From an uncultured virus (IMG/VR IMGVR_UViG_3300042691_048340) (lineage: Duplodnaviria; Heunggongvirae; Uroviricota; Caudoviricetes): a DNA stretch of 64,000 bases. The position numbers and the translations under genes were made by a program. The notes below the pieces were generated by a model. The model was not told the origin of the DNA and did no database searches. It worked only from the letters and a program-made list of their open reading frames with translations. The DNA lies in the IMG/VR virus record IMGVR_UViG_3300042691_048340. One strand, written 5' to 3'. Shown piece by piece: positions 18,636-27,545 of the stretch. Each line of letters opens with the position of its first letter. Within the stretch, counting starts at the first letter, position 1.

Positions 18636-19433
18636 ATGACAACAATAGAGTTCCACCCGACTGGTAAACATAGGGAACTTCACTTTAGCGGACTCTCTGT
18701 ACTTTTAAACCAGAGTCCCGCGCACTATGTTACGAGGCGTTTCTTGGATAAGGAAAAGAAAACGCCTGCACTAGAGGTGGGACGAACTTTTCACTATCTT
18801 TTGTTAGAGTGCAGCCCTTCCCAACGGGAAGACTACTTTGCCAAGTTTTGGAGCCTGCCGGAGGGACTTACCCTTCGGCATAAGAAGGGTAAGGAATTTG
18901 CTGCATGTCATGACGCTCGTTTTAAGCTTACTCAGGATATCCTGACTAAGCATCGTTCCTATAAGGAAATGATACTTGCCTGCGAGACCTCTCCAGTGGT
19001 ATCACGCTTCCTAACTGCAGGAAGGGAAAACAGGGAAGTTAAGTTGCAATGGTACGATCCCATTTTCGGGCTTGACTGTGCCGGCCGTGCAGACCTCCTT
19101 TTTTTAGAGGAAGACGGTACCTACCGTATAATTGATTTCAAAACGACTGAAAACTGTACTGTTTTTGGTCACAGCGTGGAAAAGTACATGTACCACTTGC
19201 AAGCGGTCATGTACAGAGAAGGCTTGCGATTTGAGAAAGGGCTTAGTTATCTACCCTCCTACACTATTGTTGCACTAGAAAAGCAGCCGCCTTACGGGCT
19301 ACAGCTATACGAGCTAAGCGACCGACTCATATCTCATGGCTATGAGTTATACATGAGGGCAGCTAAACTGTATGCTTCTTGCTTAAAAACAGGAAAGTGG
19401 CCCTCGTACTGTTCCGAAACCATCTTACTATAG
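18636..19433 (+). CDS. RecE/ExoVIII-like PD-(D/E)XK exonuclease (DUF3799-like)
   Basis: GRTFHYLLLE, GRADLL, IIDFKTT, YHLQAVMY. Confidence 0.85.
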   Translation: MTTIEFHPTGKHRELHFSGLSVLLNQSPAHYVTRRFLDKEKKTPALEVGRTFHYLLLECSPSQREDYFAKFWSLPEGLTLRHKKGKEFAACHDARFKLTQDILTKHRSYKEMILACETSPVVSRFLTAGRENREVKLQWYDPIFGLDCAGRADLLFLEEDGTYRIIDFKTTENCTVFGHSVEKYMYHLQAVMYREGLRFEKGLSYLPSYTIVALEKQPPYGLQLYELSDRLISHGYELYMRAAKLYASCLKTGKWPSYCSETILL

Positions 19434-19445
19434 CGAAGGAGAAGA

Positions 19446-20249
19446 ATGGCAACTATTCTGAATCCATATGAAGCCGGGTACTCTATTATCCCGGCATCAG
19501 AAAGTGATAAACGTCCCAGCTCCGAGTCTTTTTTAAGTAGTTGGCAACTGGACATACTAAAGAAGCCAACACCGAAAGAGCTTATATGGCAACGGACGGG
19601 TAAGGGAAAAAAACTCTACAGCTACGTCCCAACAGGATTTGTAGTTGGGCTTCTTAATCGCCTAGTCAATGGAGACTGGGCAACGAACATAGAGGTTGTT
19701 TACATCCCATCTATCCCCCTTAAGAAGGGGGATAGCGAAGTCGTTATAAAATTAACGCTTACCATCACATCAAATGGCCGAACTGTGTCGAAACAACAAT
19801 TCGGCCAACATGAGGTCCAAATTGATGAAAGTGGAAACGCGAACATGACTTTAGGGGACGCTCTAAAGGCCGCCGCAAGTGATGGTCTAAGGAAGACTGC
19901 CAGTCTTTTTGGCATAGCTGCCGACCTATATACACCCACACCCCCTCCCCCTAAAGGAAACTCGCTCCAAACCTATGAACCCTTTCCCGAGGGACTCTTT
20001 GCAGCGCCTGAGTCGCCTCGGGAAGACATACAGTTCACTCATCGCCGAGCGGAACTGCAAACCAAGTTTAACTCATTACCTGCACTTTACAAGCAGCGTT
20101 TCAACTCCATGCTGGAAAATATAACAAAGCGTATGGCGGGCGACTACTCTGTCTTTTACACGATAGAGACAGTGCCCGCTGAGGTACTACCTCACCTAGA
20201 GAAGTTTGTATCCGATACTTTAGATAAACTCTCTAACACCCCAATATGA
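19446..20249 (+). CDS. Rad52/Sak-family single-strand annealing protein
   Basis: YSYV...LN, KAAASDGLRKTASLFGIAADLY. Confidence 0.85.
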   Translation: MATILNPYEAGYSIIPASESDKRPSSESFLSSWQLDILKKPTPKELIWQRTGKGKKLYSYVPTGFVVGLLNRLVNGDWATNIEVVYIPSIPLKKGDSEVVIKLTLTITSNGRTVSKQQFGQHEVQIDESGNANMTLGDALKAAASDGLRKTASLFGIAADLYTPTPPPPKGNSLQTYEPFPEGLFAAPESPREDIQFTHRRAELQTKFNSLPALYKQRFNSMLENITKRMAGDYSVFYTIETVPAEVLPHLEKFVSDTLDKLSNTPI

Positions 20250-21250
20250 AACGCTTTGACAGGACTTTCATAAAGGAGCTCCTCACTACAACTGACTTAG
20301 CTACCCTTGTGGGTAGCTACATCCAACTTAGAAAAATTGGTAGTACTTTCAACGCGCACTGCCCATTTCACGACGATAGAACGCCAAGTTTCGTTATATG
20401 GGAAAGTTCTCCGTACTACCACTGCTTCGGTTGCGGAGCGCGAGGGAATGCCTTGTCTTTTTTGACCAAGTACGCTGGACTCGGCTTTGTCGATGCTGTG
20501 AGAGAACTGTGTAAGCGGACTGGCAAGGAGCCTGTCCTAGAGACCACTTTACATGGAGAAGTTTTAAAGAGGGAGCAGTTCGCTGCTCAAGCTAGCAAGC
20601 CAAAACCCGCGAAGACACTTGAACTCTATGACCCTCCTTTACCAGCCGGCGTACACAACACAGTCCCTAGCTGCCACCCCAGTTTGGGGTTGCCGCTCAA
20701 GGTTTGGTGGTACACGCCCTCATACGCTGTATACTTATTCCCAAACCGGTATAATCGAGAGGGAAAAAAGGTAAAGGAGTTTAGGCCGCTTCATTGGGAC
20801 TTAGCGTCTAAACAGTGGCTTTTTAAGAGTCCTCCAGACAAGTTATTACCCCTTTATCGCCTACATGAACTCAAGGATGGGCAAAAAATCCTCTTCTGTG
20901 AAGGAGAGAAGGCCGCCGATGCGGCAAGGGAGTACTTCGGGGCGGCATTTTGCACAACAACTGCGCACGGCTCCAACTCAGCATCTCGCTCTTGTTTTAA
21001 GAGTGTAGATGGGCATAGCGTTTTAATATGGCCGGATAACGACTTGGCGGGATGCTTGTACGCCTGTGAGCTAGCTGAACTGTGCCAACAGGCCGGAGCC
21101 ACAGAAGTAAAAATAGTTTACTGGGAGTGCACTAAAGTTCCCAGTAAATGGGATTTGGCCGACGCCCTAAAAGAAGGTTGGTGCAAGTCCCAAGTCGTCA
21201 ACTCAGCATGTGTTTTTAGGTACTCTTACAATGAAGAATTATTTAAGTGA
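20246..21250 (+). CDS. CHC2 zinc-finger/TOPRIM primase-like protein
   Basis: CPFHDDRTPSF, HCFGCG, CEGEKAADA, WPDND, WDLAD. Confidence 0.88.
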   Translation: MKRFDRTFIKELLTTTDLATLVGSYIQLRKIGSTFNAHCPFHDDRTPSFVIWESSPYYHCFGCGARGNALSFLTKYAGLGFVDAVRELCKRTGKEPVLETTLHGEVLKREQFAAQASKPKPAKTLELYDPPLPAGVHNTVPSCHPSLGLPLKVWWYTPSYAVYLFPNRYNREGKKVKEFRPLHWDLASKQWLFKSPPDKLLPLYRLHELKDGQKILFCEGEKAADAAREYFGAAFCTTTAHGSNSASRSCFKSVDGHSVLIWPDNDLAGCLYACELAELCQQAGATEVKIVYWECTKVPSKWDLADALKEGWCKSQVVNSACVFRYSYNEELFK

Positions 21251-21668
21251 AGTAAAAATAGGGGATAAGTTCATACTCTTAGGCAGTCAAAATCCTGCCG
21301 ACGTACTTCTCCTCTATGCCGATGATGACAACCTATATAGCGACCCCTATTGTGCCGCCGATAGGTTAGGTGGCATGTTGCCTATGCCGCATTTAATGCA
21401 GGTTATAAGAATCGGAAAGAGAGAGGTTGCTATGCTGGGGGTGATTAATGGACAAGAGTACTATTTTTCCCTAAAAACCACTAAAATTATTGGTTTACAT
21501 AAATGGTATGTTCGTCCTCCTACTCAAGAAGAAGTAAGTGAACTTAAAAGGATTTTAGCTTACAACAACAGCGTTAAGGTTATAAGGGAGCTATTAAAAA
21601 CGCCGAAGTACTGGCCAGAGCTTATAGCTTTTGCTACTTCCCAAAACTGGGGCTCTAGTCACAGCTAA
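21231..21668 (+). CDS. Hypothetical protein
   Basis: ORF in operon; ATG at 21231. Confidence 0.55.
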   Translation: MKNYLSEVKIGDKFILLGSQNPADVLLLYADDDNLYSDPYCAADRLGGMLPMPHLMQVIRIGKREVAMLGVINGQEYYFSLKTTKIIGLHKWYVRPPTQEEVSELKRILAYNNSVKVIRELLKTPKYWPELIAFATSQNWGSSHS

Positions 21669-21686
21669 GAAAAAAGAGCGTAGAAT

Positions 21687-21995
21687 ATGACTAGATATAA
21701 AAGAACCGACAACATCCAAACCGAGGTTGTCCATGCACTAAGGGAACTCGGTGCAACTGTCAAAGTCGTAAGTTCTTTTGGAAAAGCTTTACCAGATCTT
21801 TTGGTAGGCTTTAAGGGACTCAACTTTTTGCTGGAAGTAAAGTCTCATAAAAGGGCGAAACTAACGCGAGCACAAAAAACCTTTTTCAAGGACTGGCGGG
21901 GACAAGTCACGGTAGTTTACTCGCCGCAAGAGGCTATTGAGTTACTAACTACCTATAGACAGGACAGACTAAGGCTTTATCAGGATAAAGCCTAG
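21687..21995 (+). CDS. VRR-NUC-like small nuclease/resolvase
   Basis: PDLLVG...LLEVK...LTRAQ..F...W motif. Confidence 0.75.
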   Translation: MTRYKRTDNIQTEVVHALRELGATVKVVSSFGKALPDLLVGFKGLNFLLEVKSHKRAKLTRAQKTFFKDWRGQVTVVYSPQEAIELLTTYRQDRLRLYQDKA

Positions 21996-22021
21996 TTTGC
22001 TCATTACGGGAGTACTTTAAG

Positions 22022-23254
22022 ATGGCAAAAATTGAAGGATTTAGAGTAAAAAACTTTCGGGTTTTACAAGATGTCACGTTAGGAAAGTTATGGAACACTC
22101 CGGGGAAAAAACCGTTAACCCCGATGACAGCTGTCATCGGCAAAAATGGGGTGGGGAAAAGTACTTTGTTTGATGCCTTTGGCTTTCTTGCCGACTGCCT
22201 CAAAAGTGGGGTTGAAGAAGCCTGTGATTTGCGCGGTCGAGGAGGATTTGAGAAGATTCGTTCTCAAGGACAGCCTGATCCAATCGAATTTGCGGTTTAT
22301 TATAAGGAAGATAGGAACGCTCGTCCAATTACCTATGAATTGGTCATTGATCAAGACGACTCGGGTCGTCCCTATGTAAAAAGAGAACGGCTGAGACAGC
22401 GGCGAAAAGGTCAAACCAAAGGCTGGCCATTCTCTTTCTTGATTCTGAATGAAGGCCAAGGGATTGCATGGAAAAATGACGGTAAACAAATTGATGAGGG
22501 CAAAGAGCAACTTGATTTACCCAATCTTATCGAAAGTTTGAAAACACCCGGACAAGTAGAAGAAAGTGCTCAAGCTGAAGTGGTTGAATTAGAGGACAAA
22601 CGTAAGCTAGGGATTGCGACCTTAGGTGCACTCAGGCAACATCCAAGAATTTCAGCGTTTAGACGATTTATAGAAGGGTGGTATCTGGAGGAACGACGGG
22701 AGCGTGAAAATCAGTTTAAGCGAATAGTGCTTAGGCTCTCGTTTTGCTCGCTGTCCACTTTCAAAAACATTGCAGAAAAACTCCCGGGTATCGGTACCAT
22801 CCACACCCACCGAGAAAACTATTCCAACAACCTCTATTTACTTTTTCAAGATCAAGGGTTTTCAGCACCGTTTACCCAAATGCAAATGTCTGATGGCACC
22901 CTAAAAGTATTTGCTTATCTTTTACTTCTAGAAGATCCCATGCCACCGCCTTTTATTTGTTTAGAAGAACCGGAAAATGGACTTTATCACAAACTACTCG
23001 AGACTTTAGCGAGAGAATTTCGTGAACACGCTACGGGTAAAAAAAGCGGTTCGCAGGTTTTTATAACCACCCATCAACCTTATTTGGTGGATGCTTTGGA
23101 ACCAGAAGAAGTTTGGGTATTGGAAAAAGCTGAAAATGGATATGCGACTATTCGGCGTGCCAGTGAAGATCCATTGGTAAGAAATATGGTTGATGCTGGG
23201 TTGCCACTGGGAGGGCTTTGGTACAGCGACTACATGGATAATAGGGCACTTTAA
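22022..23254 (+). CDS. ABC/AAA_21-family ATPase (defence-associated type), apparently internally rearranged
   Basis: GKNGVGKST, MSDGT, LEEPENGL, TTHQP. Confidence 0.85.
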   Translation: MAKIEGFRVKNFRVLQDVTLGKLWNTPGKKPLTPMTAVIGKNGVGKSTLFDAFGFLADCLKSGVEEACDLRGRGGFEKIRSQGQPDPIEFAVYYKEDRNARPITYELVIDQDDSGRPYVKRERLRQRRKGQTKGWPFSFLILNEGQGIAWKNDGKQIDEGKEQLDLPNLIESLKTPGQVEESAQAEVVELEDKRKLGIATLGALRQHPRISAFRRFIEGWYLEERRERENQFKRIVLRLSFCSLSTFKNIAEKLPGIGTIHTHRENYSNNLYLLFQDQGFSAPFTQMQMSDGTLKVFAYLLLLEDPMPPPFICLEEPENGLYHKLLETLAREFREHATGKKSGSQVFITTHQPYLVDALEPEEVWVLEKAENGYATIRRASEDPLVRNMVDAGLPLGGLWYSDYMDNRAL

Positions 23255-23304
23255 GTCCAAGAACCGCTGAGGAACGAACCGTCAACTCCAAAATACAACA
23301 CTAT

Positions 23305-23481
23305 ATGCCTACTTACACTATAAGACGAACTTCTAAAAGGAAGAAAACTGAACCAAGCCTCTCTACTTTACTAGAGGGAAACAGAAGGACATTTAATGCC
23401 TTATGCATACTTAAAGGACATAAAGGCGTAGCTTTAGATGATCCTATAACACTCACTCACAGAGGACTGAAAAATGGCTAA
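23305..23481 (+). CDS. Small hypothetical protein (58 aa)
   Basis: Manual translation MPTYTIRRTSKR...LKNG*; overlaps the ssb start. Confidence 0.35.
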   Translation: MPTYTIRRTSKRKKTEPSLSTLLEGNRRTFNALCILKGHKGVALDDPITLTHRGLKNG

Positions 23482-23944
23482 GAGCGTCAATATGTTGCTG
23501 TTGATTGGCCGACTGGGTAATGACCCGGAAGTAAAGGAACTACAGTCGGGGCTTATGGTAGCTACGCTTAGCGTCGCCACCAACCACTCCGTTAAAAATG
23601 CGGACGGGCAGTGGTCAGAGGAAACTGACTGGCATCGTGTAGTCCTGTTCGGCAAACAGGCAGAGTTTTGCCGGGACTATGCGAAAAAAGGAAGTTTGGT
23701 TTATGTGGAAGGAAGAATACAGTATAGAAAGTATCAAAAAGCAGATTCAACACAAGAACTACTTCTTACAGAAGTTGTTGCGAAAGATATACAACTTCTG
23801 AGCCCTAAGACCGCAGTCCCTGATGTTGCCTCTACTACTAGTACTAACAGTGGTAGAGGCGGAAATGGAAAGACGTATCGTAAACAAGCCACTAAGCCTA
23901 CAGCCTACGCGTCAAAAGACTTCGACGACGACATAAACTTCTAA
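23474..23944 (+). CDS. ssb: Single-stranded DNA-binding protein
   Basis: LIGRLGNDPE, TDWHRVVLFG, KGSLVYVEGR, acidic tail DFDDDINF. Confidence 0.95.
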   Translation: MAKSVNMLLLIGRLGNDPEVKELQSGLMVATLSVATNHSVKNADGQWSEETDWHRVVLFGKQAEFCRDYAKKGSLVYVEGRIQYRKYQKADSTQELLLTEVVAKDIQLLSPKTAVPDVASTTSTNSGRGGNGKTYRKQATKPTAYASKDFDDDINF

Positions 23945-23947
23945 GCA

Positions 23948-24280
23948 CTACATTTCGCGTCCGGTGTTAGGCTCTACGCGCCGGGCGCGATCATCCCAAA
24001 ATTCGGAAAAAGAATAGAGTTTCGTAGCAGTCGCAGGCAAGCGTCTTCCTATATACTTCTCAGTCCAGTCTCCTATCGCTTTTTCAACCGCCTCACGGTC
24101 GTCCTTTTTTGACAGTCTCGCAGTAAAAATCCAAACCTCACATCCTTCCTTCAACCAGTCCTTTACTCTTGCAACCATTGTTGCTATAGGTTCGCCTATT
24201 TTTGTAGGCGACTCCCAGTTTACATAGTGAGCTAGCGTAGCATCTAAGTCAACTGCTATTACTTTTTTAGTCATAAACAA
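23948..24280 (-). CDS. HAD-superfamily phosphatase-like protein
   Basis: IAVDLDATLA, IFTAR, FWDDRA. Confidence 0.75.
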   Translation of the reverse strand: MFMTKKVIAVDLDATLAHYVNWESPTKIGEPIATMVARVKDWLKEGCEVWIFTARLSKKDDREAVEKAIGDWTEKYIGRRLPATATKLYSFSEFWDDRARRVEPNTGREM

Positions 24281-24818
24281 ACATTTTTATACCTTTAAAA
24301 GTCATTCTTCTTTCTATCGGTAAGCGGCTATTTATGCCGCTTTCATTAACTTCCCACTCACCGTTTTCCGGCAACGGGACTGAAATACTCACCACACCAG
24401 CGGTCATAAGCGTCTTTACAAGACGCTGAGCAACTATGTTTCCCGATGCTCGTTTGTAGATGGGTGCAATGAACTCGCTATCCACTGGCAAAATAGCACC
24501 TTCTGCGCCCCTTAGCTCACATGTAAACGTTAAAGTAGTCCCTACTGGGCATGTTACCTCACTAAAGTCACCAGATGTAACTGTTTGACCATGGTTGGAG
24601 GAAACGACCGAAGTAATCACTAAAACTCTCTCCACGGATGACGTTTTAGGGCTAAACAAGCCCTCGCGCGGGTCAAAACTACCGCCCAACACTGGGTCTC
24701 CACTATAAAGCCCGCTATCGGGGGCAATGTAGTAAAAGTCTAAGTTATCGGCCGGTTGTGAGTCTAAGTCAAGCAGTTCAACAACGGTATTGGCATAGTT
24801 TATTTTTGCTAGCTTCAT
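24267..24818 (-). CDS. Putative tail-fibre-associated protein
   Basis: Follows the collar-like gene; position only. Confidence 0.45.
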   Translation of the reverse strand: MKLAKINYANTVVELLDLDSQPADNLDFYYIAPDSGLYSGDPVLGGSFDPREGLFSPKTSSVERVLVITSVVSSNHGQTVTSGDFSEVTCPVGTTLTFTCELRGAEGAILPVDSEFIAPIYKRASGNIVAQRLVKTLMTAGVVSISVPLPENGEWEVNESGINSRLPIERRMTFKGIKMFVYD

Positions 24819-24828
24819 TTTTTTGCCT

Positions 24829-25590
24829 CTAGTAACTTATCCAAAGGGAGCTACCTTCACTAAAACGTGCCGGTAAGTCATACTTTTTGATGTCGGCATA
24901 AATAGCTGGCGAATTGCATGGGGAACAAAGACTTAAAGTTACTCTGTTCCCACTCTCACCAACATCTCCTATAGAACTCGTCCACATAACAGTAGCACCC
25001 GACGTGTAGACATTTGTGTAGCTATAAACCCCCAAGTAGTCTCCTTTGCGGATATACACGGGCGATGGAAATGCTACTAAAGGAGTACCGGCAATAGCCG
25101 TAATATCTATACTTTCACGGATATTAAAGTTGGATGTAGCACCAATTTTGGTTGCTACTTTTATTTTTTTAGATACATTACTCAATACAACTATCAGAAC
25201 ATGCGTCATTACTCCGCTTTCTGTTGCAGAGATATTGTCGAAGTAAGTGTTGGTGTACGTTCCGTCTCCGTACCAACCCGTACTTCCAGTTGTTCCAACT
25301 TTCCCCACTATAGCTCCTATATTGCGCGTTGGAGATATGTAAGGGGATAAAGGTAGTTTAAGTTTACCGCCTCTTGACCATGTGTTAGTTGCATCTCCAT
25401 AGTGCTTAGCTAGCTTATTGAAAAGCGTATGGTATATGTCACTTGCGAAATCAGCTCCACTATTCTTAGCTCCCACGGAGCTACCGTTGGCTGGTAGCCA
25501 GTTCCATCGAAGTAGTCGCCTATCGGCTAGTATCTCTTCCAAAGAAAAAAATTTTCCTGTCTCTTTTTTTAAAGCTCGATATACAAGCAT
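24829..25590 (-). CDS. Tail fibre/collar-like protein
   Basis: WLPANG...YHTLF...LP collar-like pattern, beta-rich C-terminus. Confidence 0.5.
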   Translation of the reverse strand: MLVYRALKKETGKFFSLEEILADRRLLRWNWLPANGSSVGAKNSGADFASDIYHTLFNKLAKHYGDATNTWSRGGKLKLPLSPYISPTRNIGAIVGKVGTTGSTGWYGDGTYTNTYFDNISATESGVMTHVLIVVLSNVSKKIKVATKIGATSNFNIRESIDITAIAGTPLVAFPSPVYIRKGDYLGVYSYTNVYTSGATVMWTSSIGDVGESGNRVTLSLCSPCNSPAIYADIKKYDLPARFSEGSSLWISY

Positions 25591-25591
25591 A

Positions 25592-26320
25592 TCAAGAGTT
25601 CTCTATAGTTGAGTCATGTTTAGTAAGTGTACTTGCCACCACTAAAATCGATAACTTACAGCCTGTCGAAAGGATAGCATTAAGTTTTAATGTCCCGGTC
25701 GGCTGGATATTTAACCCCCCGGGGGATATAAGCTGAGGGGGGTAAGTACTGGAGTCTAGTATATTCAGCGGACTCGAAACGAAAAATCCTGTAAGGGCTG
25801 GTACAACTACCCCTAAAACAAGTGACTCAGTTGCCCCGTCACTTAGTTTCATAAGCAGTTGCACGTTTTGCCGCTCGGTTGTCAGTACGCCGAGTGACTC
25901 CACGAGCGCGCCATCTGCACCTGCAGTGAAGACGGTGACATCAGTTGGCCGCAATATACTTCCAGTTACGGTGTTCCCGGTTTCGTCCCCAGTTGCCGAC
26001 GTTCTGTTTGGGTTATAGTACTCAATATAGTAAGAAGCTGGTACTACATTCGTGATGCGGTATGCTCCTTTGTTGGATAAGTTTGTTGAGGCGGTGGCAC
26101 TAAAGACGTCCCCAATCTGAACTCCAGATAAATCTGGAGTTCCTGTGAAAGTAGAGCGTACGACTGAGCCAAGCGAGCTAGCGTTAACTAACGTCGTTGT
26201 CGGGCTTTGCCAAACAGCCGTACCTACGGCCGATGCGATAAGTGTTGTTTGGTTTGATGAGGTTAGTTCAGTTACTTTTTGAGCCGGGCCGGCTGGTGTT
26301 ACGGGAATAATATTTAACAT
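25592..26320 (-). CDS. Putative virion/tail protein
   Basis: S/T/G-rich; in the tail-tip gene cluster. Confidence 0.5.
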   Translation of the reverse strand: MLNIIPVTPAGPAQKVTELTSSNQTTLIASAVGTAVWQSPTTTLVNASSLGSVVRSTFTGTPDLSGVQIGDVFSATASTNLSNKGAYRITNVVPASYYIEYYNPNRTSATGDETGNTVTGSILRPTDVTVFTAGADGALVESLGVLTTERQNVQLLMKLSDGATESLVLGVVVPALTGFFVSSPLNILDSSTYPPQLISPGGLNIQPTGTLKLNAILSTGCKLSILVVASTLTKHDSTIENS

Positions 26321-26330
26321 GAAAGGTCTC

Positions 26331-26708
26331 TTAAGAGGAGAAAGAGTTTAAAGTTAGGAGTACATTATACTTAGACCATTTCTTTAGTTTTTTATTGCGC
26401 GCTGGCTCAACACTATCAAAGTTCTTTCCAGTAAAGCCAGTTGCGGTCTCATTGATAGTCACGATATCACTAGCGGAGCCAACTTCGGAAGCAGGAACTC
26501 CTGCTAAAGCAATGCCTTGTACATACTCCTCCATAGCAGCCGTTGTGGAGTAAAGCGCAAAAGTAGCACTTAAAGAACCCTGTTCACTAGCTTGGTTAGC
26601 GTTATCTATTTGATTAGCATAAGCTTCCGTTTGATCAACAAGCCATCCGTATTGCTTTGACCACTGTCCACCTAACGTTGGGCTGCGTGCAAAACTAAAG
26701 TCCGCCAT
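26331..26708 (-). CDS. Putative virion/tail protein
   Basis: Position in tail cluster. Confidence 0.45.
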   Translation of the reverse strand: MADFSFARSPTLGGQWSKQYGWLVDQTEAYANQIDNANQASEQGSLSATFALYSTTAAMEEYVQGIALAGVPASEVGSASDIVTINETATGFTGKNFDSVEPARNKKLKKWSKYNVLLTLNSFSS

Positions 26709-26711
26709 ATA

Positions 26712-27545
26712 TTACTTTACCTCTCTTAAACTAAGACTTATAGCGCGGCTACACAGATCACTGCGAGTCATATCGCTCCAGTCTGACAGGACTGCAAACA
26801 TCGTGTGGTTTCGTTGCGTAGTTTGGTCCTCAGTAGGATAAACTGAGACTAAAAAGGGTGTGTTTTTTCCCAGTGAGTACAAAAGATTTAACAAGTTATT
26901 TTCGTCTGTTTTTGTTAGATACTCAAACTTGATGTTCATAGTACGCCACGATGGCTTTTTCTCCGTGAAAACGCCGCCGCTTTCTAACTCGCTTTGCCTA
27001 CTCGGGTCGTTATGTTTAATGCCGTAACCCCATGATATATTAGAGTTCTCGGCTTGCCAATAGTCCCCAAGTCTTAATATTCCTACTTGATAGTAAGCCT
27101 CTGTAGTCCCTGTTAGGGTAAGCTTGAAAGAGTTAGCTGCCACAGCATTAAAAAACTGGATGGAAAAAGGAGCCGTGAAGCCCTCGTTTGAGTATCCTCC
27201 AAAAAACAAGCCAAAGTACTCACCAAACTGATAAGTCGGTGCAATAGCATCCCACGTCATATCGTATACTTCTGATAGTTGATCCAACTCAGCATACAAC
27301 TGCAACCTAAGTGTGCAACTGGGTGTTAAGTTGTGTGCATACAAGCAGAGGTAGGATATGGGTAAGAACTCAGTAAAGTTCCCCAGCAACGTTTGGGTCG
27401 TTGCCGACGTAGAACGCCATACTAAAAACGGCTGAGCATTTGCCAGATTGTTTGCTGGTAAACTATCATGCTGGGAACTAGCTGTGACGCTAGTTACCGC
27501 GTTCCTAAAGGCCAAAATAGTAGTGTAGGTAGGCATTAAAACCAT
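26712..27545 (-). CDS. Putative distal tail/tail-tip protein
   Basis: LPANNL...WRS...HNL...G.YW...N...G...DPS pattern typical of siphophage tail-tip genes. Confidence 0.55.
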   Translation of the reverse strand: MVLMPTYTTILAFRNAVTSVTASSQHDSLPANNLANAQPFLVWRSTSATTQTLLGNFTEFLPISYLCLYAHNLTPSCTLRLQLYAELDQLSEVYDMTWDAIAPTYQFGEYFGLFFGGYSNEGFTAPFSIQFFNAVAANSFKLTLTGTTEAYYQVGILRLGDYWQAENSNISWGYGIKHNDPSRQSELESGGVFTEKKPSWRTMNIKFEYLTKTDENNLLNLLYSLGKNTPFLVSVYPTEDQTTQRNHTMFAVLSDWSDMTRSDLCSRAISLSLREVK

